From contig CAVTYE010000001.1 in assembly GCA_963738925.1 (NCBI GenBank), forward strand, positions 770,159 to 834,158: 64,000 nt of DNA, read 5' to 3'. The notes beneath the pieces were generated by a model. The model was not told the DNA's origin and did no database searches. It worked only from the letters and a program-made list of their open reading frames with translations. This DNA is from an uncultured Chloroflexia bacterium (GTDB lineage Bacteria; Chloroflexota; Dehalococcoidia; SM23-28-2; RBG-16-64-32). Positions 29,750 through 41,787 of this stretch are shown here, piece by piece (position 1 is the stretch's first letter; the number at the start of each line of letters is the position of its first letter). The position numbers were made by a program, and so were the translations under genes.

Positions 29750-32700
29750 ATGTATTCACGAGTAGAGATGCCCGAGATCCCGCGGCCTGTCCCGCCGAAG
29801 GCCGCCGAGGTGCTGCGCGATGTCTACGCGCTGCGCCGCAAGGTCTATCTGGCCGTCTACAGCGCCATCACGCTGGACCTGCCGCTCTACTTCGTGACCG
29901 GTTACACGCTGACCCAGGTGGTCATTCTGGCCGTCGTCGGCTGGCTGATCGCCGGCGCCTCCATCCACTTCACCTTCCAGCAGATCATCCGGCTGCGGCG
30001 CCGAAACCTGTATCCAGGCCTGCTCGTCGTCAACGTCGGCGCAACCGCCGGGCCGCCGGAGGCCGCCGCCGAGGCGCTCTTCACGCTGGAAGGCCTGTTG
30101 GAGACGCAGACGTCGTTCGTTGTCATGAACACTGAGTTGGGCCCCAAAGTACTGGCCGCGCGCGGCATGACGGGCGCGGACGCCAACTGGGTGATGGAGA
30201 CGTACGCCTCGCAGCTTGAAGCGGCGATCGAAAACCGCTATCCGATGGACGTCTTGCCGGAGGGGCAGGACCGGCGCGCTGTCTTCGTGCCGATCCAGGC
30301 CCTCAAACAATCCATCGGCGTGCTCTACCTGGCGGCCTCGCCCGGCAAGTTCCTGGCCGACCGCAACCTTCTCGCCGATATCGGCAGCGCCCTCGGCCTC
30401 TCACTGGACAACCTGCGCCAGAAAGAGCAGCTCTTGCAGAAGGAGTCGCGGCTGCGCAGCGTCGTCATGGGCGCGCCGATCGTGCTCTTTTCGATAGACA
30501 CCACCGGTGGCATCACCTTCATCCAGGGGCAGGGCATCGCCGCGCTGGGGCTGGAGCCGGACACGATCATCGGCATGCCGGTCTGGGAGATCTGGGCCGA
30601 GTATCCGGAGATCCTGCAGAGCTTCCGGCGCGCCTTCGCGGGCGATTCGGTGACCTCGCTCGCGGCGATCACGCTGGCCGGGCAGGCCCGGGTCTTCGAG
30701 TACCGGCTGGCCCCGGAACGGGACGAACACGGTCTGGTGACCGGCGTCATCTGTATCGCCACGGACATCACCCAGCGCAAGCGCGCCGAGGACGCCCTGC
30801 GCGAGAATGAACGCGCGTTGGCCACACTGCTCAGCAACCTGCCCGGGTTCGCCTACCGGACAAAGTACGACACCCACTGGACGACGGAGTACGTCAGCGA
30901 CGGCATCTACGACATCACAGGCTACACGGCCGCCGAGTTCGTCGCCGGCAGCGTCGTCGCCGAAGAGATCATCCATGCCGACGACCGGGCTTCAACGCGG
31001 GAGGCCATCACGTCCGCCGTCTCCCGGCGCGAACCCTACACGGTGGAGTACCGCGTCATCACCCGGCGGGGCGAAACGAAGTGGGTCTGGGAACAGGGCG
31101 AAGGCATCGCCGACGAGAATGATGTTGTCATCGCCCTCGAAGGGTTCATCAGCGACGTCACGGAGCGCAAGCGCGCTGAACAGGCTCTGGGAGAGAGCGA
31201 GGAGCGCTTCCGCGACCTGTTCGAGAACGCGCGAGACGCGATGTTCTCCTACGACCTGCGCGGGCGCATGCTCTCCGCCAACCAGCGCGCCGCCGAGATC
31301 AGCGGATACGCGATCGATGAGCTGCTGTCTTTGAACATCAGCGAGATCGTGGCCAAGGACTTCCACGTCATCGGCGCCGAGGCCCTGAAGCGCACCTTCA
31401 ACGGCGACAACGCACCGTACGAACTGGAGATCGTGGCCAAGGCCGGCCACCGCATCCCGATCGAGATCACCTCGCGGATCATCCTCGGCCGGCGCGGTGA
31501 GCCAAGGACCGTGCAGGCGATCGGCCGCGACGTCACCGACCGCAAGCTGGCGGAGGAGACGATCCGCCGCCTGGCTTACCACGACGCCCTGACCGACCTG
31601 CCGAACCGTGCGCTCTTCGAAGACCGCCTGCAGGTCGCGCTGGCCCAGGCCCGCCGCCAGAACGAGCAGCTCGCCGTGATGTTCCTTGACCTTGACAGCT
31701 TCAAAGTCGTCAACGACACGCTTGGGCATGGCGCCGGCGACAAGCTACTGCAGTGCGTCGGCCGCGACCTGGCCTCGATGGTGCGCGACGGTGACACCGT
31801 GGCGCGGGTCGGCGGCGACGAATTCACCTTGCTCCTGGCCGGCATCGAGGGCCCAGACGACGCCATCGACGTGGCCAAGCGCATTCTCGAATGCCTGCGC
31901 CAGTCCCGAGTCATCAACGGCACGGAGTTCCGGACGACAGGCAGCGTTGGCATCACGACCTACCCGGCCGACGGCGACGACGGCGAGACGCTTCTGCGCA
32001 ACGCCGACACGGCGATGTACCGGGCCAAGGAGCGCGGCCGCGACCGCTATCAGCTCTACACGGCGGCGATGAACGTCACGATGATGGAGCGCCTGGCGGT
32101 GGAGCAGGACCTGCGCCATGCCCTTGTCCGCAACGAGCTAAGGCTGTTCTACCAGCCCATCGTCTCCGTGGAGACCGGGCTGGTCACGGGCGCCGAGGCC
32201 TTGATCCGCTGGCGACACCCGGAGCGCGGCCTGGTGCTCCCGGACGACTTCATCCCGCTGGCCGAAGAGACCGGCCTGATCCTGGAGATCGGCGAATGGG
32301 TACTGCGGGAGGCCTGCCGCCAGATCGTGGACTGGCGCAAGCAGGGCCTGGGAGTGGAACTTGTCGCGGTCAACCTTTCGGCGCGGCAGCTGCAACAGGA
32401 GGACCTGGTCGCGCGCGTCGGCGGCATCATCCGCGAAAGCGGGGTCTTGCCGTCCCTGATCCAGCTGGAGATCACGGAAGGAGCGGTGCTGAAGAACGTC
32501 GACTACGCCATCACCATGCTGCAGCAGCTGGGCGAGATGGGTTTCGAGATAGCGCTGGACGACTTCGGTACCGGCTACTCATCGCTGACCTACCTCAAAC
32601 GCTTCCCGATCGATGGGGTCAAGATCGACCGCTCCTTCGTACGCGACCTGGAGCACGACGCCAGCGACGCAACGATCGTCTCGACGGTGATTGCGATGGC

Positions 32701-32878
32701 GGACAACCTGCACCTCAACGTGATCGCCGAAGGAGTCGAGACCGAGCAGCAGTTGGAGTTCCTTCGCCAGCGCGGCTGCAGCGAGTACCAGGGCTACCTG
32801 TTCTCGCGTCCGGTGCCGCCGGAGGAGTTTGCGGCGCTACTGCGGAAGGCGACGGCGCCGGTTCCAGACGCCGCCTAG
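29750..32878 (+). CDS. membrane-anchored PAS/PAC multi-sensor diguanylate cyclase/phosphodiesterase (GGDEF-EAL)
   Basis: N-terminal TM segments, at least 3 PAS/PAC repeats, GGDEF (RVGGDEFTLL) and EAL (EALIRW...DDFGTGYSS) domains. Confidence 0.85.
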   Translation: MYSRVEMPEIPRPVPPKAAEVLRDVYALRRKVYLAVYSAITLDLPLYFVTGYTLTQVVILAVVGWLIAGASIHFTFQQIIRLRRRNLYPGLLVVNVGATAGPPEAAAEALFTLEGLLETQTSFVVMNTELGPKVLAARGMTGADANWVMETYASQLEAAIENRYPMDVLPEGQDRRAVFVPIQALKQSIGVLYLAASPGKFLADRNLLADIGSALGLSLDNLRQKEQLLQKESRLRSVVMGAPIVLFSIDTTGGITFIQGQGIAALGLEPDTIIGMPVWEIWAEYPEILQSFRRAFAGDSVTSLAAITLAGQARVFEYRLAPERDEHGLVTGVICIATDITQRKRAEDALRENERALATLLSNLPGFAYRTKYDTHWTTEYVSDGIYDITGYTAAEFVAGSVVAEEIIHADDRASTREAITSAVSRREPYTVEYRVITRRGETKWVWEQGEGIADENDVVIALEGFISDVTERKRAEQALGESEERFRDLFENARDAMFSYDLRGRMLSANQRAAEISGYAIDELLSLNISEIVAKDFHVIGAEALKRTFNGDNAPYELEIVAKAGHRIPIEITSRIILGRRGEPRTVQAIGRDVTDRKLAEETIRRLAYHDALTDLPNRALFEDRLQVALAQARRQNEQLAVMFLDLDSFKVVNDTLGHGAGDKLLQCVGRDLASMVRDGDTVARVGGDEFTLLLAGIEGPDDAIDVAKRILECLRQSRVINGTEFRTTGSVGITTYPADGDDGETLLRNADTAMYRAKERGRDRYQLYTAAMNVTMMERLAVEQDLRHALVRNELRLFYQPIVSVETGLVTGAEALIRWRHPERGLVLPDDFIPLAEETGLILEIGEWVLREACRQIVDWRKQGLGVELVAVNLSARQLQQEDLVARVGGIIRESGVLPSLIQLEITEGAVLKNVDYAITMLQQLGEMGFEIALDDFGTGYSSLTYLKRFPIDGVKIDRSFVRDLEHDASDATIVSTVIAMADNLHLNVIAEGVETEQQLEFLRQRGCSEYQGYLFSRPVPPEEFAALLRKATAPVPDAA

Positions 32879-32918
32879 GCGCCCTCCGCAACCGGCGGCG
32901 GATGATACCATTAGCTTG

Positions 32919-33230
32919 ATGGACGAGGTCTTTCGCGAGCTCGAAAAATCGCTGGCCAGCGGCGAGCCGGCCGTCGTCGCCACCGTGGCCGGGACCCGCG
33001 GATCGACGCCGCGGCGCGCCGGCGCCAGAATGCTCGTCCGCGCCGACGGCAGCTTTTGCGGGACGATCGGCGGCGGCTGCGGCGAGGCCGAGGTGCTGAC
33101 CGAAGCCATGGCCGCTCACGCAGACGGCCGCCCGCGCCTCGTCTTCGTCGACCTGACCAACCCGATCGACGGCGACGACAAGATCTGCGGCGGCGTCATG
33201 GAAGTCTTCGTCGAGCGCGTCGCCCCTTAG
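32919..33230 (+). CDS. stand-alone XdhC_CoxI N-terminal domain protein
   Basis: ~103 aa matching the first domain of XdhC (AVVATVAGTRGSTPRRAGARMLV...GTIGGGCGE). No Rossmann half. Confidence 0.55.
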   Translation: MDEVFRELEKSLASGEPAVVATVAGTRGSTPRRAGARMLVRADGSFCGTIGGGCGEAEVLTEAMAAHADGRPRLVFVDLTNPIDGDDKICGGVMEVFVERVAP

Positions 33231-33298
33231 CTTGCCCGCTTTCGCCCCGACACGTATCCTCAACACTCGCAACGCGCCCCAAGATTGCGGAGGTCCCC

Positions 33299-34339
33299 AT
33301 GAAAGCTGTCACATTCCACGGCCCGTTCGATCTCAAGGTCGAGGACGTTCCCGACCCGACGATCCAGCAGCCCAAAGACGTCATCATCAAGGTCACCGCT
33401 GCCGGCATCTGCGGCTCCGACATGCACGCCTACGACGGCCGGATGACGCTGCCGCCGAGCGGCTGGGTGATGGGACACGAGTACCTCGGCGAAGTCGTGG
33501 AGACAGGGCCGGAGGTCACGAACTTCAAGAAGGGCGACCGTGTCGTCGGCGCTTTCACCTCTTCCTGCGGCGAGTGCTACTACTGCAAGAGCGGCTGGAC
33601 CAGCGTCTGCGCCAGCCAGGTGACCTTCGGGTTCGTGACGTTGCCGGGCGCGCAGGCCCAGTACCTGCGTGTGCCCAACGGCCACTTCACGCTGGAGAAG
33701 GTGCCGGACAGCCTGAGCGACGAGAAGGCGATCTTTGTCGGGGACATCTTCTCTACCGGCTACTTCTGCGCTGACCGCGGCGAGATCAAGCCGGGCGATG
33801 TCGTCGCCGTCGTCGGGTCCGGGCCGGTTGGGCTCTTCACTCAGATGGCGGCGCTGACCTTCAACCCGAAGATGGTGCTGGCGATCGACCAGATGCCGGA
33901 GCGGCTGGCGATGTCCAAGAAGATCGGCGCGGTGCCGGTGGACATGTCCAAGGAAGACGCCGTGGAGGTCGTGAAGAGCCACACCGAGGGCCGCGGCGCA
34001 GACGTTGTCCTGGAAGCCGTCGGGATCGAGGCCTCGCTCAAGTCCTGTTTCCGCTACGTGCGCCCGGCCGGTACGATCAGCGCCGTCGGCATGTACACGG
34101 AGATGGAGTTCCCCTTCCCGATGTTCATGTCGTTCCTGCGCGACATCACCTTCAAGATCGGTGTGGCGCCGGTGCGCCGCTACATGGCCCAGATGCTGAA
34201 GCTGATCGAGGACGGCAAGGCTGACCCCTCAGCGATCATCACCCACACGATGTCTCTGGACGAAGCGCCCCGCGGCTACGAGATCTTCACGAAGCGCGAG
34301 GACAACTGCATCAAGGTGCTGCTCAAGCCCAACGGGTAG
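33299..34339 (+). CDS. zinc-dependent alcohol dehydrogenase (MDR family)
   Basis: Catalytic-Zn GHE, structural-Zn Cys cluster (CGECYYC) and NAD motif VVGSGPVG. ATG follows GGAGG. Confidence 0.85.
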   Translation: MKAVTFHGPFDLKVEDVPDPTIQQPKDVIIKVTAAGICGSDMHAYDGRMTLPPSGWVMGHEYLGEVVETGPEVTNFKKGDRVVGAFTSSCGECYYCKSGWTSVCASQVTFGFVTLPGAQAQYLRVPNGHFTLEKVPDSLSDEKAIFVGDIFSTGYFCADRGEIKPGDVVAVVGSGPVGLFTQMAALTFNPKMVLAIDQMPERLAMSKKIGAVPVDMSKEDAVEVVKSHTEGRGADVVLEAVGIEASLKSCFRYVRPAGTISAVGMYTEMEFPFPMFMSFLRDITFKIGVAPVRRYMAQMLKLIEDGKADPSAIITHTMSLDEAPRGYEIFTKREDNCIKVLLKPNG

Positions 34340-34354
34340 CCCCCAATCCCGAGC

Positions 34355-35104
34355 TTACTGCTGCTGGGCGATGATCACGGCCTGCAGCGTGCCGTGGTCC
34401 TGGACCGAGACGAAGCCGCCGATGTTGGGAGGCGAGATCCCGTAGTCCGCGAAGTTGAAGTCCAGCGTGGCGATGGCGCTGATCACGTTCGACTGGCGGG
34501 TCGCCTTCACCGTCCACGTCATTTCCTTCTGCACGCCGTGGAGGTCCAGCGTCCCGTTGAGATCGAACGTTACCTCTGCGCCGTCGGCGATCGAGGCCGT
34601 GTCCAGGCCGGAGATGCTGGAGGCGGTGAACGTCGCGGTCGGGAACTCGGTAGTGTTCAGCGCGTCCTGGGCGCGGGAGTCGCGCCGCGACTGGTCGCTG
34701 CGCAGCGTCGTCAGGTCAACGGTGAACTGTGAGGTCTGGGAGGTGTCCAGCGCGGCGCCGTCGGCGGTGAGATAGAAGGTGCCGCTGATGTCCTGTGTCT
34801 TGCCGTTAGCGGTGGAGGGCACGCCGAGCGAGGCCAGCGTCTCGCCGACGTAGTAGTCGGCCTCTGACTGGCCGGCGAGGATCGTGAAGACCTGGCCGTC
34901 GGAGGCCGCCGGCGTGGACGTGTCATCGCTCGCGCCGCCGGTGGGCGTTGCCGTGTTCACCAGGGAGGGATCGATCGCCAGGGGCTCGGTCAGGGGGCTG
35001 GCGTCGCTGCGGATCAGGAAGTACCAGGCCGCACCCGCGACTACGAGGACTAGGATCGCCAGTACGGGAACTGTGAGCCCGAGTCTGCGTATCGTCATGG
35101 CCAC
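34355..35104 (-). CDS. YceI-like family protein (secreted or lipid-binding)
   Basis: N-terminal TM or signal segment plus a YceI beta-barrel pattern. Confidence 0.7.
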   Translation of the reverse strand: MAMTIRRLGLTVPVLAILVLVVAGAAWYFLIRSDASPLTEPLAIDPSLVNTATPTGGASDDTSTPAASDGQVFTILAGQSEADYYVGETLASLGVPSTANGKTQDISGTFYLTADGAALDTSQTSQFTVDLTTLRSDQSRRDSRAQDALNTTEFPTATFTASSISGLDTASIADGAEVTFDLNGTLDLHGVQKEMTWTVKATRQSNVISAIATLDFNFADYGISPPNIGGFVSVQDHGTLQAVIIAQQQ

Positions 35105-35310
35105 GATTATCTGAGAAACACATTAGTTGTGGGTTAAAGAGCGATGACTGGTTATTAACGCCAGGACCAGCATTCACCAGTTCTGCTGAGAATCTTTCCG
35201 GCTCACCGGCTCTGCCCCGGCGGAGCACGGGTTGTATGATTCAAGTATCGAAAAGCATAGATTCTGGCACGATAAACCCGCCGCTGGCTTCAGTCTCTTC
35301 GGAGGAAATC

Positions 35311-36564
35311 ATGAAGATAGCGTCTTTCGTACCATCCAGCACGAACTCATCCAGGGCGATCCTGATCATCGAGGTGGCCCTGGTCATCGCAGCGGCGGCC
35401 ATCTGGTGGACCTTCGGCAGCGCCGCCGCCCAGACCAACAGCCTGGGAGTTGACCACAACGGCGGCTCGCCGGACATCAACGCCGGCCCGGCGCTGGTGG
35501 CCCAGGGCGCTTTGACAACCGTCTCGATAGTCGCCGATCCGCCGGTACCCGGCCTCGGCGGCTGGACAGTGAACGTCTTCTACGACCCGGCGGTGGTCAC
35601 CCCCACAGGCTGCGCCACGGCCGGGGATAGCTCCTCCTGCAACACGGCGTTCCTGAGCAACGCGGTGCGATTTTCCGGGCTGAAGGTCGCCGGGCTGTTC
35701 AACCCGACGGACATCGCAGACATCACGTTCCAGGGGGTCGGCTCCGCCGGTCAGTGCAGCGACCTGCAGCCGGAGGCGGTGAGCTGGAACGACCCATCGG
35801 CTGTCAACCTGATCCGGCCGACGGTATCGCTGGGCCAGGTGTGCGTGACCTCTGCGCCGACGCCGACCGCGTCGCCGACCGCCTCACCAACAGCCTCTCC
35901 GACAGCTTCGCCGACCGCCTCTCCGACTGCCTCACCAACCGCCTCTCCGACCGCTTCGCCGACGCCGACTGCCTCGCCAACCGCCTCTCCGACAGCTTCG
36001 CCGACGCCAACTGCATCCCCCACTCCGACAGCCTCTCCAACGCCATCTCCAACGCCCACCGCCTCGCCGACACCTTCACCAACGCCGACAGCCTCGCCGA
36101 CGGCATCGCCAACGCCGACCGCCTCGCCCACGGCCTCTCCGACGCCGACGCCAACTCCGACGGTCAAAGAGACGCCGTCGCCGACCGACAAGCCGACGCC
36201 CACACCAACTCCCACGAAGACGCCCGCCGGCGAGTGCGACGGGCGGCCCGCCACGATCGTCGGCACCGAGAGGAGCGACTGGATCTGGGGCACGCGCGGC
36301 GATGACGTGATCCTGGCGCTCGGCGGCAACGACCTCGTCTTCGGCAACGGCGGCGACGACGTCATCTGCCTGGGTCCCGGCCACGACGCCGCCATCGGAG
36401 GCCGCGGCGACGATCGCATCTTTGGTGAGGAAGGCAACGACGTGCTCTGGGGCGGTGGCGGCTCGGACTACCTTGACGGCGGTCCCGGCTTCGACCTCTG
36501 CTTCGGCGGCTGGGGCCACGACACAAAGGTGAACTGCGGCTTCTACTTCCGCTGGTTCCGCTAG
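35311..36564 (+). CDS. secreted protein with cohesin-like domain, (T/P)ASP linker and RTX-type Ca-binding repeats
   Basis: Signal or TM anchor, then a beta-rich cohesin-like domain, ~100 aa of [10 protein letters not shown] repeats and GGxGxD repeats ([15 protein letters not shown]...[13 protein letters not shown]). ATG follows GGAGG. Confidence 0.6.
   Translation: MKIASFVPSSTNSSRAILIIEVALVIAAAAIWWTFGSAAAQTNSLGVDHNGGSPDINAGPALVAQGALTTVSIVADPPVPGLGGWTVNVFYDPAVVTPTGCATAGDSSSCNTAFLSNAVRFSGLKVAGLFNPTDIADITFQGVGSAGQCSDLQPEAVSWNDPSAVNLIRPTVSLGQVCVTSAPTPTASPTASPTASPTASPTASPTASPTASPTASPTPTASPTASPTASPTPTASPTPTASPTPSPTPTASPTPSPTPTASPTASPTPTASPTASPTPTPTPTVKETPSPTDKPTPTPTPTKTPAGECDGRPATIVGTERSDWIWGTRGDDVILALGGNDLVFGNGGDDVICLGPGHDAAIGGRGDDRIFGEEGNDVLWGGGGSDYLDGGPGFDLCFGGWGHDTKVNCGFYFRWFR
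35870..36160 (+). repeat. in-frame tandem 12/18-bp repeat encoding the (T/P)ASP linker
   Basis: Near-identical units: gcctc(g/t)cc(g/a)ac(a/c)gcc, etc. Confidence 0.7.
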
Positions 36565-36583
36565 GCCAGGTCCGGACGACTGG

Positions 36584-36620
36584 AAGCGCCCGTCTGACCG
36601 GCGGGCGCTTCTCTTTGTGC
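36584..36620 (+). terminator. intrinsic terminator downstream of the repeat-protein gene
   Basis: Perfect 10-bp stem GAAGCGCCCG / CGGGCGCTTC with a 9-nt loop, followed by TCTCTTTGTG. Confidence 0.55.
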
Positions 36621-36661
36621 GCGCGGTTGCAGAAATCTAGCAAAGTGTTATGCTTGGCTTG

Positions 36662-36681
36662 AACCCCCACCGGGGGGGTAA
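36662..36681. promoter_or_regulatory. G/C-tract pseudo-palindrome AACCCCCACCGGGGGGGTAA, candidate CsoR operator
   Basis: Lies 23-42 bp upstream of the csoR ATG. The C5-ACC-G7 architecture resembles known CsoR/RicR operators. Confidence 0.45.
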
Positions 36682-36703
36682 GGGTAACGAAAGCAGGAAC
36701 ACT

Positions 36704-36970
36704 ATGCAAGCTGAAAAGAAGACCGCCGTCCTCAAGCGCCTGGCGTTCATCGAAGGGCACCTCCAGGGGATCCGCCGCATGGTGGAGGGGGACAAGTACT
36801 GCGTCGATGTCCTGAAGCAGACCTTCGCCGTCCGCCGCGCCATCGAAAAGATGGAGGCGCTGATGCTGGACAACCACCTGCACACCTGCGTCCTCGAAGG
36901 CGTCCGCGAAGGCCGCGACGAGCAGGTGATCGGCGAGCTGCTGGACCTCTACGAGCTGGCCGGCCGCTGA
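36704..36970 (+). CDS. csoR: CsoR-family metal-sensing transcriptional repressor
   Basis: 88 aa with the family motif around Cys45 (YCVDVLKQ) and His/Cys at HTC. Directly upstream of copA. Confidence 0.8.
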   Translation: MQAEKKTAVLKRLAFIEGHLQGIRRMVEGDKYCVDVLKQTFAVRRAIEKMEALMLDNHLHTCVLEGVREGRDEQVIGELLDLYELAGR

Positions 36971-36984
36971 CCGGAGACGCGAAC

Positions 36985-39523
<2,539 letters not shown>

Positions 39524-39538
39524 CGCTGCCGCTGCAGA

Positions 39539-39564
39539 ATCCGGATAGTCTTTGGCATCCGGAT
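39539..39564. promoter_or_regulatory. two copies of the palindromic octamer ATCCGGAT spaced 18 bp apart
   Basis: Immediately downstream of copA and upstream of the PEP-mutase-family gene. Confidence 0.25.
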
Positions 39565-39593
39565 GTCTGTAAAGTGCCGGTTGGAGGTGACCG

Positions 39594-40451
39594 ATGACGA
39601 ACATTCCGCCCGCAACCGTGGCCGCCGCCAACGAGAAGAGCCGCCGGCTGAAGGAGCTACTGCTGGCGCCGGAGATCCTGATCATCCCCGGCGCCTTCAA
39701 CGTGCTCAGCGCGCTGCTCTACCAGCATCTGGGTTTCCCGGCGATCCAGGGCAGCAGCTCCGGCTTCGCCAACGCCATGGGCCGCCCCGACCTGGCGATC
39801 GGCCGCGAGGCGACGGTCCAGGTCAGCGGGACGGTCGCCGCCGCTGTCTCGGTGCCGGTCAACGCCGACGGCGAGGACGGTTTCGGTGGCCCGGCCGAAG
39901 TTGCCGAGACGGTGCGGGAGATGGTCGCGGCGGGCCTGGCCGGGATGAACATGGAGGACGGCGACCGCGCGAACCCCGGCCAGCTCCTGAGCGCCGAGTT
40001 TCAGCTGGAGAAGATCGCCGCGTTTATCGAGGCGCGTAAGGCGATCGGCAGCGAGTTCTTGCTCAACGCCCGGGTCGATACTTTCATGACGATGGGCGAC
40101 GATCCGGCGAAGGCGCTGGCCGAAGGCGTACGTCGCGGCCAGGCCTACGCCGAAGCCGGCGGCGATTCGATCTTCTTCTTCCGGGTGAAGGACCCCGCGG
40201 CGATCAGCACCCTGGTCAAGGAGATCCCGGCGCCGGTCAGCATCCTCGCCGGGCCGGGAGTCCCCAGCGCCGGTGAGCTGCAGGAGATCGGCGTGGCCCG
40301 GGTCAGCTACGGCAGCCAGTTCCTGCTCGTGGCCGCCGGGGCCGTCAAGCGCGCCGCCCGGGAAGTGCTGGAGAAACGCACCCACGAGCTGATGTCGGAA
40401 GGCCTGCCGTCAGCGGAGATGCGGGAGATCCTGAAGAGCCGCCTGGACTAG
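39594..40451 (+). CDS. isocitrate lyase / PEP mutase superfamily protein (2-methylisocitrate lyase or carboxy-PEP mutase-like)
   Basis: TIM-barrel ICL/PEPM pattern with the typical N-terminal LLxxxxxLxxPGAFNxLSA. Confidence 0.7.
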   Translation: MTNIPPATVAAANEKSRRLKELLLAPEILIIPGAFNVLSALLYQHLGFPAIQGSSSGFANAMGRPDLAIGREATVQVSGTVAAAVSVPVNADGEDGFGGPAEVAETVREMVAAGLAGMNMEDGDRANPGQLLSAEFQLEKIAAFIEARKAIGSEFLLNARVDTFMTMGDDPAKALAEGVRRGQAYAEAGGDSIFFFRVKDPAAISTLVKEIPAPVSILAGPGVPSAGELQEIGVARVSYGSQFLLVAAGAVKRAAREVLEKRTHELMSEGLPSAEMREILKSRLD

Positions 40452-40496
40452 CGATTCGTTCAATTCGTTGCGCGGCGGGCCGTTCGTTGGCAGCAG

Positions 40497-41729
40497 CTAG
40501 TAGTAGTCCGGCGAATACGGTGCGTCGTTGACCGCGAAAATCTGCGCCATCTCCTCCACGGCGGCCGGGCGCGTGACCTGCACAAAGCCGGTCTGCGCGG
40601 CGACGCGCGGCTTCAAGTAGCCGGTGAAGAGCGAAGCCAGCACGTTCACGCTGAGCGACACGTCGGCGGGCGCCTCTGTGCGTTCGGCGTGGAGCTTGCC
40701 GTTGCTGGACTCGATCCGGAAAGTGGCGTTGTTCCAGGCCAGGTTGCGGTCGTCGATCTGCGCGGTGAAAGCCGCCGTGCCGCTGCCGAGGTACGGCCGC
40801 TGCGCGATCGCCGCCTCGACATCGACGATACGGAGCATCGCGCCGTCTTCCACCGTTACCTTCACCTTGTGCGGCTCGTCGACGAGGTTGGCGAACGGGT
40901 CGTCGGGATGCGTCTCGAAGATGATCTTCTCGGCCAGGTCGTGGGTCAGGATGTGCTGCCAGAGGCCCAGGTAAGCGTCCGAGGTGAGCGCCTGGAGGTC
41001 GCGGATAAAGATCGCCTGCGGGGTCCAGTTTCCGGAGGGAGGCAGGTTGCGGTTGGCGTAGGTGGCGTAGCCTTGCTCCCGGCCGTCGCTGTCCACCCAG
41101 ATCACAGCGTCGCTTTCCGCCATCTTGCCGGCGCCGTCCCAGTGCTTGAGGACGGCCTCTCGCCACCAGATCTCGTTGCGGACGAAGGGGCCGTTGGCCT
41201 CGCCGGTCTTTGCGCGGAAGATGCGGTCCAGCCGCTGCCAGTCGTCGGGCGTGACGGGCTCGGTCATGCCGCCGGTGCCGCGAAAGCGCAGGTGCACATC
41301 CTTCGGTGCGAACTCGTAGCCCTTCTTGAACTCGGCCCGCTCCCAGCCGTACCGCTGGTACAGAGCGTCGTGCGGCGTGTAGAGCCCGGACAGCACCTGG
41401 CCGCGCTCCCGCATCCGCTCCATCGCCAGGACGAGCAGCCGCGCGACGAAGCCACGCCGCCGGTAAGCCGCCTGGCAGGTGACGGGCCCCACCGCGCCAA
41501 AAGCCATCGTCGCGCCGTGCAGCCGCCGCACCATCGGCACGGTGCGCACGTCGGCGACGAGCTTGCCGTCCAGGAACGCGCCAACTGTCCAGTCCGGCGG
41601 GAAGAACTGCTTGAGCCGCTCCACGTACCCCGGGTCCGGGGCGTTGTAGAACGCCTTCGGCTCCAACGCCGCCGCTTGCTCATAGTCGTCAACTGTCAGG
41701 TCGCGGTATTCGATATTCACGACGGCCAT
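40497..41729 (-). CDS. Eis-like GNAT acetyltransferase (GNAT plus SCP2-like C-terminus)
   Basis: ~410 aa with an N-terminal GNAT motif (QAAYRRRGFVARLL). Overall architecture is like mycobacterial Eis. Start set at ATG 41729. Confidence 0.65.
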   Translation of the reverse strand: MAVVNIEYRDLTVDDYEQAAALEPKAFYNAPDPGYVERLKQFFPPDWTVGAFLDGKLVADVRTVPMVRRLHGATMAFGAVGPVTCQAAYRRRGFVARLLVLAMERMRERGQVLSGLYTPHDALYQRYGWERAEFKKGYEFAPKDVHLRFRGTGGMTEPVTPDDWQRLDRIFRAKTGEANGPFVRNEIWWREAVLKHWDGAGKMAESDAVIWVDSDGREQGYATYANRNLPPSGNWTPQAIFIRDLQALTSDAYLGLWQHILTHDLAEKIIFETHPDDPFANLVDEPHKVKVTVEDGAMLRIVDVEAAIAQRPYLGSGTAAFTAQIDDRNLAWNNATFRIESSNGKLHAERTEAPADVSLSVNVLASLFTGYLKPRVAAQTGFVQVTRPAAVEEMAQIFAVNDAPYSPDYY

Positions 41730-41787
41730 TGTACGGCAGGCCGGAGCCGGAGCGAGCATCGGCAACCGTTCCTCTACAATCGAGGGT

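Noticed and set aside
35870-36160. Regular short tandem repeats that could be mistaken for a CRISPR array
   Set aside because: The units are 12-18 bp, contiguous with no unique spacers, and in frame inside a CDS encoding [10 protein letters not shown]. They are a protein linker, not CRISPR.
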